Assembly (NCBI GenBank): GCA_951812285.1
Contig: OX638292.1
Location: forward strand, 971,008-1,035,007
Reading direction: 5' to 3'
DNA from: an uncultured Dehalococcoidia bacterium
GTDB taxonomy: Bacteria; Chloroflexota; Dehalococcoidia; Lucifugimonadales; UBA1127
DNA: 64,000 bases
Shown: positions 9,840 to 18,309 of the stretch, piece after piece
Position numbering within the stretch: position 1 is the stretch's first letter
How the letters are laid out: the number at the start of each line of letters is the position of its first letter
The notes under the pieces: model-generated
Told to the model about the DNA's origin: nothing
The model's input: only the letters and a program-made list of their open reading frames with translations
Database searches by the model: none
Position numbers and translations under genes: made by a program

Positions 9840-10055
9840 ATGCAGACCCAGACCGTCATGGTGCTCGAAGCCTGCTCGCGGTGCGGGCAGCCCATCGCCC
9901 CCGGCGAACCCGCCATGCAGACCGCCTCGGTGGACCTGGACGAGTACGGCAGGGCGGTGTCCTCGCCGGTGAAGTCCTACCACCTCAGCGGCAGGTGCTA
10001 CGAGGAGTACAGGGCAGCCGAAGCCGCCCGCAGAAAGGCGCTGCTCGCAGCATAG
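9840..10055 (+). CDS. Small hypothetical protein, possible zinc ribbon
   Basis: CSRCGQPI...SGRCYEEY. RBS GGAAGGAG. Confidence 0.35.
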   Translation: MQTQTVMVLEACSRCGQPIAPGEPAMQTASVDLDEYGRAVSSPVKSYHLSGRCYEEYRAAEAARRKALLAA

Positions 10056-10285
10056 ACGGCTCAGAACGAGTCGCTCCAAGAGGTCCGCGCCGGCGGGCCT
10101 CTCCCATCAAATGAGGCGGTGCAACACTGCCGGAATACCACTCGACGAGAGAGGGCGCCGTAGGGCGCTCCTGGTTCGCCTGCAGGCGCTCTCTCTCGCT
10201 GCCTCCTCCGGGGGGTGGCGAGGTGCGTCTTGCAGCAGGCCGCACCCAGGGGCTCCGAGGTTCCCTCCCGAAAGGAGACGCCGAA

Positions 10286-12646
10286 ATGAACCTCGGAGAG
10301 TTCATCGACAAATTCAAGGAGGCCATCGCCAAGAGGGTGGTCGAGTCCTACCCGCCCCTCTACCGGCCCTCGGAGAACGGCGGCATTCTCCCCCGCCTGC
10401 TCCGCAGGCCCCTGGGGGCGCAGGCCGACGCCATCAAGGGCGCAGCCCTCTCCCTCGAAGCCCACCGGGGCACCACTGTCGTCGGGGAGATGGGCACCGG
10501 AAAGACCTTCATCGGGGCCGCCGCCGCGCACATGGCGGGCTTCAAGAGGGTGCTGGTGCTCTGCCCGCCCCACCTGGTTTCCAAGTGGAAGCGGGAGGTG
10601 GAGATGACGGTGCCCGGCGCACGGGGCGTCATCGTCACGTCCATCACCGACCTGGAAAGGCTCAGGTTCTCCATCGGGTCGGGGCCGCTGTTCGCGGTGA
10701 TGAGCCGGGAGCGGGCCAAGCTGTCCTACCGCTGGATGCCCGCCGTCATATACAGGTGGGCCACGTCGAAGGGCAGGCTCATCAGGGAAGAGGAGACGGG
10801 GGAGCCCTTCCGGGTCCCCTGCTGCCCCACCTGCACGGCCCAGGTCGTGGACAAGGACGGGGTGCCGCTCACCGAGAAGGACCTGAACCGCAGGAAGCAC
10901 ACCTGCGACGCCTGCGGCGAACCCCTGTGGCAGGCGGACAAATCGGGCCCGGCCCGCTACCCGCTGGCCGACTACATCAAGCACCGGATGAAGGGCTTCT
11001 TCGACCTGCTGGTCGGAGACGAGGTCCACGAATACAAGGCTCGCGGCTCGGCCCAGGGCATCGCCGCCGGCACCCTCGCGGAGGCCTGCGGCAAGTCCCT
11101 CAGCCTCACGGGAACCATGATGGGCGGCTACAGCTCGACGCTGTTCCATCTCCTCTACAGGTTCTCGCCGGAGATCAGGACGGAGTTCGGGCGCTCCGAT
11201 GAGCACCGCTGGATTCAGCGGTACGGCTTCGAGGAGGTCTCCATCGGCAAGCCCGACGACGACGCCCTGGAGGACGGGCGCAACAGCCGACGCCGCAGCT
11301 ACCGCAAGGTGGTCAGGGAGAAGCCGGGGCTGGTTCCCTCGGCGTTGTTCCACATCATCGGGAACACCATCTTCCTCAAGCTGGCCGATGTCGCCTCGGG
11401 CCTGCCCGACTACGACGAGCAGATCCTCCTGTCCTCGATGGACTCGGAGGAGGACTCGACCGGCTACTCCCAGCGCAGCGCCTACAACCACGTCTTCGAG
11501 GAGCTGAAGAAGGAGCTGTCCAAGGCTCTCAAGGCCGGCTCCAAGCGGCTGCTGGCGACCTACCTGCAGACCCTGCTGGCCTACCCGGACGGCTGCACCA
11601 GGGGAGAGACGGTCTTCGACCCCAGGAGCGGCGACGTCATCGTCGCGGTGCCGCCCCTCTCCGAGGAGAAGCTGTACCCGAAGGAGAAGGCGCTGGTGGA
11701 CCTGGTGGCCGCCGAGCGCATGGCGGGACGGCGGGTGCTGGTCTACGTCACCCACACGGGGACGCGGGACATCACCGGGCGCATGGACGAGTTCCTGACC
11801 CGGCACGGCTTCCGGGTGGCGGTGATGAAGGCCGACGCCGTGGCCCCCGACAAGCGGGAGGCGTGGGTGGCCGAGAAGGTCAAGCAGGGCATCGACGTGC
11901 TGGTCTGCCACCCCCGGCTGGTGCAGACGGGTCTGGACCTCATCGACTTCCCGACCATCGTCTGGGATGAGATCGACTACAGCACCTACGTCATGCGGCA
12001 GGCGTCCCGCCGCTCGTGGCGCATCGGGCAGACCCGCCCGGTCAAGGTGGTGTTCATGTCCTACCGGAACACCCTCCAGGCCGACGCCCTGAAGCTGGTG
12101 GCGAAGAAGCTGCAAAGCTCCCTCGCCGTCGAGGGCGAGCTGCCGGAGGACGGGCTGGCCGCCTACGGCGACGACGGGGACGACCTGATGATGGCCCTGG
12201 CCCGCAAGATCGTCAGCGGCGACGAGGAGGACGCCGAAGCGGAAACGGTGGAGGAGGTCTTCGCCCAGGCAAGGGACGCCGAGGCGACCGCAGAGGAGTT
12301 CCTGGTGGACGACGACTGGAAGGCCGTCGAGATCGAGCCGGAGACCATAGCGGTCAACGGCAATGGGAATGGCAACGGTCACGGGTCCGACATCTTCGGG
12401 CCGACGATCGAGCTTGTCCCCGGCAACGGTCACGCGCCCGTCCCGGTCAATGGCAACGGGGCCAACGGCCACCACGACGAAGAGGCCGACGAGCCCCAGC
12501 AGTCGCTCTTCTCCTGGGCTGAGTTCATGGCCGAGCCGGTCAAGCCGAAGCGGAAGAACGGGAAGCCCCAGGCCTCGACCATCTCGATGTTCGAGTGGGC
12601 GATGGAGCAGGAACGGGAGAAGGAGACGGTCGGCGCGGGACGCTAG
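10286..12646 (+). CDS. SNF2-family helicase with an inserted zinc ribbon
   Basis: GEMGTGKT (motif I), GDEVHEYK (II), QASRRSWRIGQTRPVKVVF (VI). Insert CCPTCTAQ...HTCDACGEPL. AAAGGAG lies before ATG 10286. Confidence 0.8.
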   Translation: MNLGEFIDKFKEAIAKRVVESYPPLYRPSENGGILPRLLRRPLGAQADAIKGAALSLEAHRGTTVVGEMGTGKTFIGAAAAHMAGFKRVLVLCPPHLVSKWKREVEMTVPGARGVIVTSITDLERLRFSIGSGPLFAVMSRERAKLSYRWMPAVIYRWATSKGRLIREEETGEPFRVPCCPTCTAQVVDKDGVPLTEKDLNRRKHTCDACGEPLWQADKSGPARYPLADYIKHRMKGFFDLLVGDEVHEYKARGSAQGIAAGTLAEACGKSLSLTGTMMGGYSSTLFHLLYRFSPEIRTEFGRSDEHRWIQRYGFEEVSIGKPDDDALEDGRNSRRRSYRKVVREKPGLVPSALFHIIGNTIFLKLADVASGLPDYDEQILLSSMDSEEDSTGYSQRSAYNHVFEELKKELSKALKAGSKRLLATYLQTLLAYPDGCTRGETVFDPRSGDVIVAVPPLSEEKLYPKEKALVDLVAAERMAGRRVLVYVTHTGTRDITGRMDEFLTRHGFRVAVMKADAVAPDKREAWVAEKVKQGIDVLVCHPRLVQTGLDLIDFPTIVWDEIDYSTYVMRQASRRSWRIGQTRPVKVVFMSYRNTLQADALKLVAKKLQSSLAVEGELPEDGLAAYGDDGDDLMMALARKIVSGDEEDAEAETVEEVFAQARDAEATAEEFLVDDDWKAVEIEPETIAVNGNGNGNGHGSDIFGPTIELVPGNGHAPVPVNGNGANGHHDEEADEPQQSLFSWAEFMAEPVKPKRKNGKPQASTISMFEWAMEQEREKETVGAGR

Positions 12647-12740
12647 ACCGCAGCAGCAACGGGAGGGGCCGCCGCCAAAGGAGCGGCGGCCTTCCCGCAC
12701 GTGGAAGCAGAGAAGCAACGATCAGAAAGGAGACCAACCA

Positions 12741-12938
12741 ATGGCACGCGTGTTTGTCTACGACGACAGAGAGTTCCCGGACCCCGACCCCGAGATGACC
12801 GTCGACCAGGTGAAGGCGACTCTCAGCGATTTCTACGGGGAGATCGCCAACGCCTCGGTGAAGGAGACGACCAGGGGCGAGGACACCATCTACGAGTTCC
12901 AGCGGCGGGTGGGCACCAAGGGGGCTTTCACCCGGTAA
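12741..12938 (+). CDS. Small ubiquitin-like (beta-grasp) protein, PRTRC protein C-like
   Basis: 65 aa, MARVFVYDDREFPDPDPEMTVDQVKATLSDFYGEIANASVKETTRGEDTIYEFQRRVGTKGAFTR. Its size, operon position ahead of E2/JAB/E1 and the G-x-K-G near the C-terminus fit the PRTRC_C family as I remember it. The fold is not verified. Confidence 0.6.
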   Translation: MARVFVYDDREFPDPDPEMTVDQVKATLSDFYGEIANASVKETTRGEDTIYEFQRRVGTKGAFTR

Positions 12939-12950
12939 GGAGGGCATCCG

Positions 12951-13181
12951 ATGGACAACCCCACCTTCGCGGGTCTGCTGGCGGCCACACCGCCTACGGA
13001 CCTCAAGATAACCGAGCTCACGGCGGAGCTCACACGGCCCGACGGCGCCCTCGACCTGGACGCCGCGGCCGCACGCCAGAAGGATGTCGAAATGGCCTGC
13101 GCCCAGGCGCAGGACTACGCCTCGGCCACGGGGCGGCTGAAGGAGGCGCTGCGGTGGCAGCTGCGGCCCCGGCGCTCCTGA
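12951..13181 (+). CDS. Hypothetical small protein inside the Ubl cassette
   Basis: AAGGAGGG RBS before the ATG. No motif. Confidence 0.4.
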   Translation: MDNPTFAGLLAATPPTDLKITELTAELTRPDGALDLDAAAARQKDVEMACAQAQDYASATGRLKEALRWQLRPRRS

Positions 13182-13237
13182 GCGGTCTTTCTCAACTGCT
13201 CCTGCGGCGTCCGCCGTTGCTGCGGGAGCTGGTGACC

Positions 13238-14002
13238 GTGATCGGCTACGCCGACGACTACGCATGGTTCATGGGACTGGTGCGCCGCCTCTTCCCCAAC
13301 GAGGCGGAGGCGGCGCTCTCGGCCCCCGACGTGCGCACCAGGGTAGAGCGCTTCGCCAGTCTCTTCGGCGAGCGTCACTTCCCCCTCTACGGACCGTTCA
13401 TCGAATACTGGATGGAATGGGAGGGGGAGGAACCCCCCTGGAGCTGGATGCGCAGGGGCATCCCCTTCGACCTGATGGGCTTCGGCTACGACGGCCTCCA
13501 CGAGCTGTGGAACGGCTACCGGGACGGCATATCGGCCCTGCTCCTGCTGGCCAGACCCCCGGACTCCTTCTACGGGGAGTCCGACGAGATACGCGTGGCC
13601 TGGCTGGAGTCGGCCGCCGAGCGCATTCCGCAGGAGACCCTCCAACGGCTTCCCCAAGGCGGCGTACCGGTCGAGACCCTCACCGAGGCGGTGAAGGATA
13701 CCCGGTTCGAGGGGGCGGCGAAGGCCGCCGCCTGGGTCTTCGCCGAGACGGGCAACTTCTTCCTCGACCACTGCTACGAGGACGGCAACTATGACGGGTT
13801 CTGCGACCCGTGGGACGACGAGATCATCGCCGATGGTACGGAGGAGTGGCGGAGGGCCAGCGCCCTGATGGACTCGGTATTCACGCTGGCCGACTGGCTG
13901 GAGGAGGACCTTGCGGCCCGCTTCGCCGAGATGCTGGACGACGTCCTGCCCCGGCTCCCCGAACAAGAACAAGGAAAGGAGGACGACGACCATGACGACT
14001 GA
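13238..14002 (+). CDS. Hypothetical acidic protein inside the Ubl cassette (possibly PRTRC protein F-like)
   Basis: Trp/acidic-rich (YWMEWEGEEPPWSWM..., C-terminal EQEQGKEDDDHDD). The GTG start is provisional. The end overlaps the next gene. Confidence 0.45.
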   Translation: MIGYADDYAWFMGLVRRLFPNEAEAALSAPDVRTRVERFASLFGERHFPLYGPFIEYWMEWEGEEPPWSWMRRGIPFDLMGFGYDGLHELWNGYRDGISALLLLARPPDSFYGESDEIRVAWLESAAERIPQETLQRLPQGGVPVETLTEAVKDTRFEGAAKAAAWVFAETGNFFLDHCYEDGNYDGFCDPWDDEIIADGTEEWRRASALMDSVFTLADWLEEDLAARFAEMLDDVLPRLPEQEQGKEDDDHDD

Positions 14003-14702
14003 CGCAGAGAAGACCGAGTGGTCCCTGCCCGGACTGGATGAGATGCCCAGGGACAAGCTGAACCTCCAACTGGAGGTCTACGACGAGACGCTCCTGCTGC
14101 GGGGCTTCGAGGGCGACTCAACCTGGGTGAGGACCGTCTCGGCGGACGAGATCGCCAACGTGTTCACCCAACACCTGGGCTTCTCCTCGGGGCTGCTGCC
14201 CCGAGACGCCCTCTGGTGGAACCAGGGCGAGACCGGGCAGATGGTGGCCCTGTGGAGGCCGCCCCAGGTCTGGCCGGTGGCCCTGCAACGGGAGGCGTTC
14301 AAGCCCCCCGCACGGCTCCGGCTCCCCATGCCGGGGCTGGTCTTCGTCTGCTCGCCGGCACGCGCTCCCTGGGTCTACGCCGCACTGGACAGGCCGGCCG
14401 ACCCCGAGCAGATGCTCCACCGGATGCCCGCCTTCAACGTCTTCAGGGACGGGCGGGTCTGCCCCGGAAGCCACAAGTTTCCCGAGGAGGTGGGGCTGAT
14501 ACCGGAGTCCTTCTTCCGGTCCTACTTCTCGGGCACCGGGGATACGCGGGAGCGCTCGAAGAAGCACCCCGACAACCTGCACGCGCTATGGGAGGAGCTC
14601 GATGGAGAGACTGAGTACCCGGTTGAGGACCTTGTTCCCCAGTGCACGGTGGCCCAGGCTATCGCGGCCTCCCAGGGGAGACGGGGCTATGGCTACCGAT
14701 AA
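13992..14702 (+). CDS. E2/UBC-like protein (PRTRC protein B-like)
   Basis: LHRMPAFNVFRDGRVCPG mimics the UBC HPN flap with a Cys 8 residues after the Asn. It sits between the Ubl gene and the JAB/E1 genes. Confidence 0.55.
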   Translation: MTTDAEKTEWSLPGLDEMPRDKLNLQLEVYDETLLLRGFEGDSTWVRTVSADEIANVFTQHLGFSSGLLPRDALWWNQGETGQMVALWRPPQVWPVALQREAFKPPARLRLPMPGLVFVCSPARAPWVYAALDRPADPEQMLHRMPAFNVFRDGRVCPGSHKFPEEVGLIPESFFRSYFSGTGDTRERSKKHPDNLHALWEELDGETEYPVEDLVPQCTVAQAIAASQGRRGYGYR

Positions 14703-15315
14703 CGACACACGGGGTCCGGTGGGCTACCTCATCAATAACAACGAGGGACTGACGGGAGCGCACGGAATCGGCTACGACTACGTGCTCGGAGCGGGGGGCC
14801 TCTACGTCCAGTCCGAGAGTGCCCATCTGACGGCACGGGTGCCGGTCGCCCCCTGCGAGGTGCGGGGACTCGCTCCCGTGGCCGAGAAGGTGGAGTTGGC
14901 GAACGGCCCAATACCGGCCCGGCTCTTCGAGATCGGGCTGCTCTGGTTCGAGGACGCCCCGCACACCGAGCGGTTCTTCGCCGTGGGGTGGGACGGGCGC
15001 TTCTACCGGCTGGTGGTGCCCGAACAGGAGGGGACGGCTTCATCCCTCGAATACACGCCGCCCGCAGGGGTGGTCGCAGAGTTCCACTCCCACGGAAGCT
15101 CCCGCGCCTTCTTCTCGAAGACCGACGACAGTGACGAGCTGGGCTTCCGCATCTACGGCGTCGCAGGACGCCTCGACAGCGACCGGCCCGAGTTGAGTCT
15201 CCGGGTCGGCGTCTACGGCCACTTCGCCCCGGTGGAGTGGTCGCAAATCTTCGACGGCCCGCACCCCGGCCTCCGGCTGGTGGGCGAGGAGCCGGAACCG
15301 GAAGACATCAACTGA
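14689..15315 (+). CDS. JAB/JAMM metallopeptidase (PRTRC protein A-like)
   Basis: Intact JAMM motif EFHSHGSSRAFFSKTDDSDE (HxH-x7-S-xx-D). Confidence 0.8.
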   Translation: MATDNDTRGPVGYLINNNEGLTGAHGIGYDYVLGAGGLYVQSESAHLTARVPVAPCEVRGLAPVAEKVELANGPIPARLFEIGLLWFEDAPHTERFFAVGWDGRFYRLVVPEQEGTASSLEYTPPAGVVAEFHSHGSSRAFFSKTDDSDELGFRIYGVAGRLDSDRPELSLRVGVYGHFAPVEWSQIFDGPHPGLRLVGEEPEPEDIN

Positions 15316-15334
15316 GTAAGGAGGTGAACGAAAG

Positions 15335-16135
15335 ATGCCCTACTACCTGGACAACGCGTTCCTGCTGGACGACCCCTGGATCACGGTGGTCGGCTGCGGC
15401 GGGACGGGCGGCTTCGTTGCCGAGGGTCTCTGCCGACTCTTCCAGGGGCGGCAGGCCAACATCGTCCTGGTCGACCACGACCGGGTGGAACCCCACAACC
15501 TGCTCCGCCAGAACTTCTACCCTGGCGACGTGGGCGGGTTCAAGAGCCAGGTCCTCGCAGACCGGCTGGCAAAAGCCTACGGGCGACCGGTGGGCTACTC
15601 GGTGTACCCATTTCGGGAGTACGAGGACCAGCCCCACGAGCACGGCTACCCCGGCCTGCCAGCCTACAGAGAAAGCCTCATCATCGGCTGCGCCGACAAC
15701 GCCCTCGCACGGAAGGCGATGGCGGAGACCCTGCCGGGCGACCCGCGCCGGTGGCTCATCGACGCGGGCAACGACACCAACTGGGGACAGGTGCTGGTCG
15801 GAAACGTCTCCGGCAACGTGAGTTGGGAGGATCCCCCCTTCTCAGGCGAGACCTGCTACCTGGCCCCCGCGCCCACGCTCCAGCGCCCCGACCTGCTGAC
15901 GGCCGTCTCGACCAGGCCGCCCGACGTGGACTGCGCGGCGGCCCTCGACCTCACCGACCAGGATCCCACCATCAACCAGATGATGGCGTCCCTGGTGCTC
16001 CAGGTGGTGCGCCGCATGGTGGCGGGAACCTGCCCCTTCATGGCCCTCTACCTGGACATGGACCTGGGCACGGTCATACCCACCTACGTCACGCCGGAGG
16101 CGGTGGAGCGGACGGTGGGGACCTACGTCGAGTGA
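15335..16135 (+). CDS. ThiF/MoeB/E1-like adenylyltransferase
   Basis: VVGCGGTGGFVAEGLCRL (Rossmann GxGxxG) and VDHDRVEPHNLLRQNF. Confidence 0.85.
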   Translation: MPYYLDNAFLLDDPWITVVGCGGTGGFVAEGLCRLFQGRQANIVLVDHDRVEPHNLLRQNFYPGDVGGFKSQVLADRLAKAYGRPVGYSVYPFREYEDQPHEHGYPGLPAYRESLIIGCADNALARKAMAETLPGDPRRWLIDAGNDTNWGQVLVGNVSGNVSWEDPPFSGETCYLAPAPTLQRPDLLTAVSTRPPDVDCAAALDLTDQDPTINQMMASLVLQVVRRMVAGTCPFMALYLDMDLGTVIPTYVTPEAVERTVGTYVE

Positions 16136-16183
16136 TCGGCGCAAGCGAACACATCGAGAGAACGAACAAGGAAGGAGAAACCA

Positions 16184-16579
16184 ATGACTGACTCAAACGG
16201 GACCACAACGACCACGACCATGTGGCAGGACAACCACAGCGGGCTGCGCAGGCACAAGCTCATGACGAAGGAGCTCGCAGACACCATCCCGCCCCTGTAT
16301 GCCAACGACGGCGCAGACGACCCAGACGCCGTGGTCGCCAGGGTGAAGCTGTTCAGCCCCTATGCCAACTGGACCTGGTACATCACGGAATGGGATGCGG
16401 AGACCGGAACCTGCTTTGGCCTCGTCGAGGGGTTCGAGACGGAACTGGGGTACTTCGATCTCTCGGAGATGGCCGAGGCCACCGTGTTCGGCGGCGTCCC
16501 CGCCGTGGAGCGCGACCTCTACTGGAAGCCGACGACCATCGGCGAGATTAGGAGGCAGGCGTCAGGGATAGCGGCCTAG
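16184..16579 (+). CDS. DUF2958-family protein
   Basis: IPPLYANDG...VKLFSPYANWTWYITEWD...CFGLVEGFETELGYFDLSE is the characteristic DUF2958 pattern common on ICEs and plasmids. Confidence 0.7.
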   Translation: MTDSNGTTTTTTMWQDNHSGLRRHKLMTKELADTIPPLYANDGADDPDAVVARVKLFSPYANWTWYITEWDAETGTCFGLVEGFETELGYFDLSEMAEATVFGGVPAVERDLYWKPTTIGEIRRQASGIAA

Positions 16580-16630
16580 CGATAGGCGGTCACGGATGCA
16601 ATGAGAGACAAGCACAGAAAGGAGAAGGAC

Positions 16631-17137
16631 ATGCCAGACAAGGTTGGAACGGAAGCAACCTGCTCGGACGCGCCGAGCGTGGACGACGATCTCTTCGGCG
16701 ATGCGGCGGCGGACGATAAGGCCGCCGTGTCCGTCGATGAGCAGAACGCCGACGGGGAGGCCCCGCAGGAGACGCAGCACGACTCCGATGACGCCGGGGA
16801 ACCTGCCGACGCCGAGGCGGAGGCCGCCTCGACGGACGACCTGAAGGTCGTCGTGTCCATCAAGGGAGGCAGGGCCACCATCGGGGTGCAGCGGCCCTCG
16901 GCGGACCCGCACATCGAGACGTTCGACGACCTGGACGAGACCGGGCTGACGACTGAGGTCCCGGCGGTGATCGAGAGGGCAAGGGCCAGGTGGGAGGAGA
17001 CGCCCAAGCATCCCGCCTATGAGCGGCCCGTTCCCCCGGCCCGGCGTCGCAACCGGCGTCAGCAGGGGACGGCACAGGACGCAACGGCGGAGACGCAGGA
17101 AGCCGAGACGCAACAGCAAACACTGAGGCTGTTCTAG
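16631..17137 (+). CDS. Hypothetical acidic protein (possibly PRTRC protein E-like); its 3' end is duplicated at 25820-25958
   Basis: AAAGGAGAAGG RBS, acidic N-terminal half, C-terminus ...ETPKHPAYERP...QQQTLRLF. Confidence 0.5.
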   Translation: MPDKVGTEATCSDAPSVDDDLFGDAAADDKAAVSVDEQNADGEAPQETQHDSDDAGEPADAEAEAASTDDLKVVVSIKGGRATIGVQRPSADPHIETFDDLDETGLTTEVPAVIERARARWEETPKHPAYERPVPPARRRNRRQQGTAQDATAETQEAETQQQTLRLF

Positions 17138-17154
17138 GCTGGAGCGCGACACAC

Positions 17155-17189
17155 GGGGGGAGGATGCCGCATCGCGGTGTCCTTCCCCC
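17155..17189 (+). terminator. GC-rich stem-loop after gene 16631-17137 (no U-tail)
   Basis: GGGGGGAGGATGCCGC-atc-GCGGTGTCCTTCCCCC. The paralogous copy just upstream of 26020 carries compensatory changes (AGGGA...TCCCT). Confidence 0.4.
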
Positions 17190-17329
17190 GCCGTCCATGT
17201 ATGCGGCCTTTTTTGCGTTTCCGGGGATGGCCTTCCCTGAGCGACCCCTTTTGCGTTTAAGGAGGAACAAGAAGGATGATTGCGAGAGTCGAAACGAAGC
17301 CGAAGAGGCAGACCTACAGGAGGTATGAA

Positions 17330-17743
17330 ATGGAGACAATGCACCTGTTCGACACCCACGCCGACGAAGAGAAGGCCCTCTGCGGGGACGATGTCCCCGT
17401 CCACGCCCGTCAGGGCGTGGACGAATACCTGGAGCGGCGCAAGGACGGTCTTCCGGTCGGGAACGTCTGCGAGCCGTGCAAGGTTCATGCGGTCCGGTTG
17501 GCCGAGAACCGGATTCTGAAGTTGGAGGCCGATGCGGAAGAGCTCCGGGTCGGCGCCGACGAGCTTGAGAGGATGGCGGCGGGTTCTCCAGCGGATGGGG
17601 CAGAGCGAGTCTTGGCGCGCTACCGCAACAGCGCGAGTGGGAGGCGGTCGGAGGCCGACGGGTTCGAGGATGAGGCTCGTGAGTTGCGAAGGCTTGTTGA
17701 GAGGTTGAAGAGAGAGACCGGCCTGAACGTCCCTGGCCGCTAG
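17330..17743 (+). CDS. Hypothetical protein (Cys-containing N-terminus, coiled-coil C-terminus)
   Basis: AGGAGG-N6-ATG at 17330. The gene is bracketed by copies of the CCTTTTGCGTTT motif. Confidence 0.45.
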   Translation: METMHLFDTHADEEKALCGDDVPVHARQGVDEYLERRKDGLPVGNVCEPCKVHAVRLAENRILKLEADAEELRVGADELERMAAGSPADGAERVLARYRNSASGRRSEADGFEDEARELRRLVERLKRETGLNVPGR

Positions 17744-17823
17744 ACGATTTCGGTCCTTCTCTCCATGTACGGCCCCTTTTGCGTTTCAGGACCCGCGGAC
17801 GCGGCCCCTACCGGCGGGTTGGC

Positions 17824-18069
17824 TCAGCCGGTGAAGATGTGGCCGAGGCCCATACTCTCGGCCAGTTCAAGCAGCGCCCTGCGGTGCTGGTAGTTGGGCC
17901 GCGTCCTGCCCTCGGACCATCGCCATACGGTGTGCCGATAGGTCCCGAGGCGGCGAGCGATCTCCGACCACGAATAGCCCGACTCCCTCTGGAATCTCTT
18001 GAGACGCTCCGGGAAGTCCACCGGGATTGCGTAGGTCTCTCTGGGATGGTGTATGCGCTGTCTTGGCAT
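17824..18069 (-). CDS. 81-aa helix-turn-helix protein, copy A
   Basis: MPRQRIHHPRETYAIPVDFPERLKRFQRESGYSWSEIARRLGTYRHTVWRWSEGRTRPNYQHRRALLELAESMGLGHIFTG. The SWSEIARRLG..HTVWRW segment looks HTH-like. The protein is identical to copy C apart from two N-terminal substitutions. Confidence 0.7.
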   Translation of the reverse strand: MPRQRIHHPRETYAIPVDFPERLKRFQRESGYSWSEIARRLGTYRHTVWRWSEGRTRPNYQHRRALLELAESMGLGHIFTG

Positions 18070-18309
18070 CGAGCCGGTCCTTCAAGGTCCGCGCTCCTTC
18101 CTGGAGGAATCCAAGCTGGGCAGCATCCCTGAGCAGAGCGGAGCCTGCAGCCCTCGCGCTGACCCGGCGGACATCACCCGTTGACAGTGTCCGTGGATCC
18201 GTTGGACGCAAACGGCCAACCCTCCCGCGCGGGCGCTAGTCCGGAGCGGCTCCCCAGGCCATTGCGGTGAAAGCGCCGCGGCCGTTGGCGTTGATGGCCG
18301 CGACACTGA
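17837..18309. repeat. ~473-bp near-identical direct repeat, copy A (HTH gene, spacer, FN3 3' end)
   Basis: Aligns by eye almost base-for-base with 19695-20166. Confidence 0.8.

Larger units (their letters stand above)
1..18235. mobile_element. Right-hand portion of a plasmid/ICE-like mobile element; left end lies outside the window and the right end is provisional
   Basis: Uninterrupted same-strand array of replication, recombination, methylation and PRTRC-type genes with many ATGA/GTGA stop-start overlaps. Its last ~240 bp (16999-17225) is duplicated at 25820-26055. No integrase, capsid or T4SS gene is visible in the window. Confidence 0.5.

Noticed and set aside
10061-12718. 885-aa ORF antisense to the SNF2 helicase
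   Set aside because: It is Arg/Gly/Pro/Leu-rich and low-complexity, with no motifs and no RBS. It fully overlaps a plus-strand ORF with clear helicase motifs. This is a typical high-GC shadow ORF.
12363-14002. Long ORFs 12363-12938 and 12701-14002 taken at full length
   Set aside because: Their 5' parts overlap the SNF2 gene end or each other and are Arg/Gly-rich. RBS-supported internal starts (12741, 13238) give compact, protein-like products.
1-17750. Prophage interpretation of the element
   Set aside because: No terminase, portal, capsid, tail or lysis genes are in the window. The gene set (PRTRC-type cassette, DUF2958, RadC, SSB, orphan methyltransferase, SNF2) is more typical of plasmids and ICEs. 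The question remains open because the left part is outside the window.
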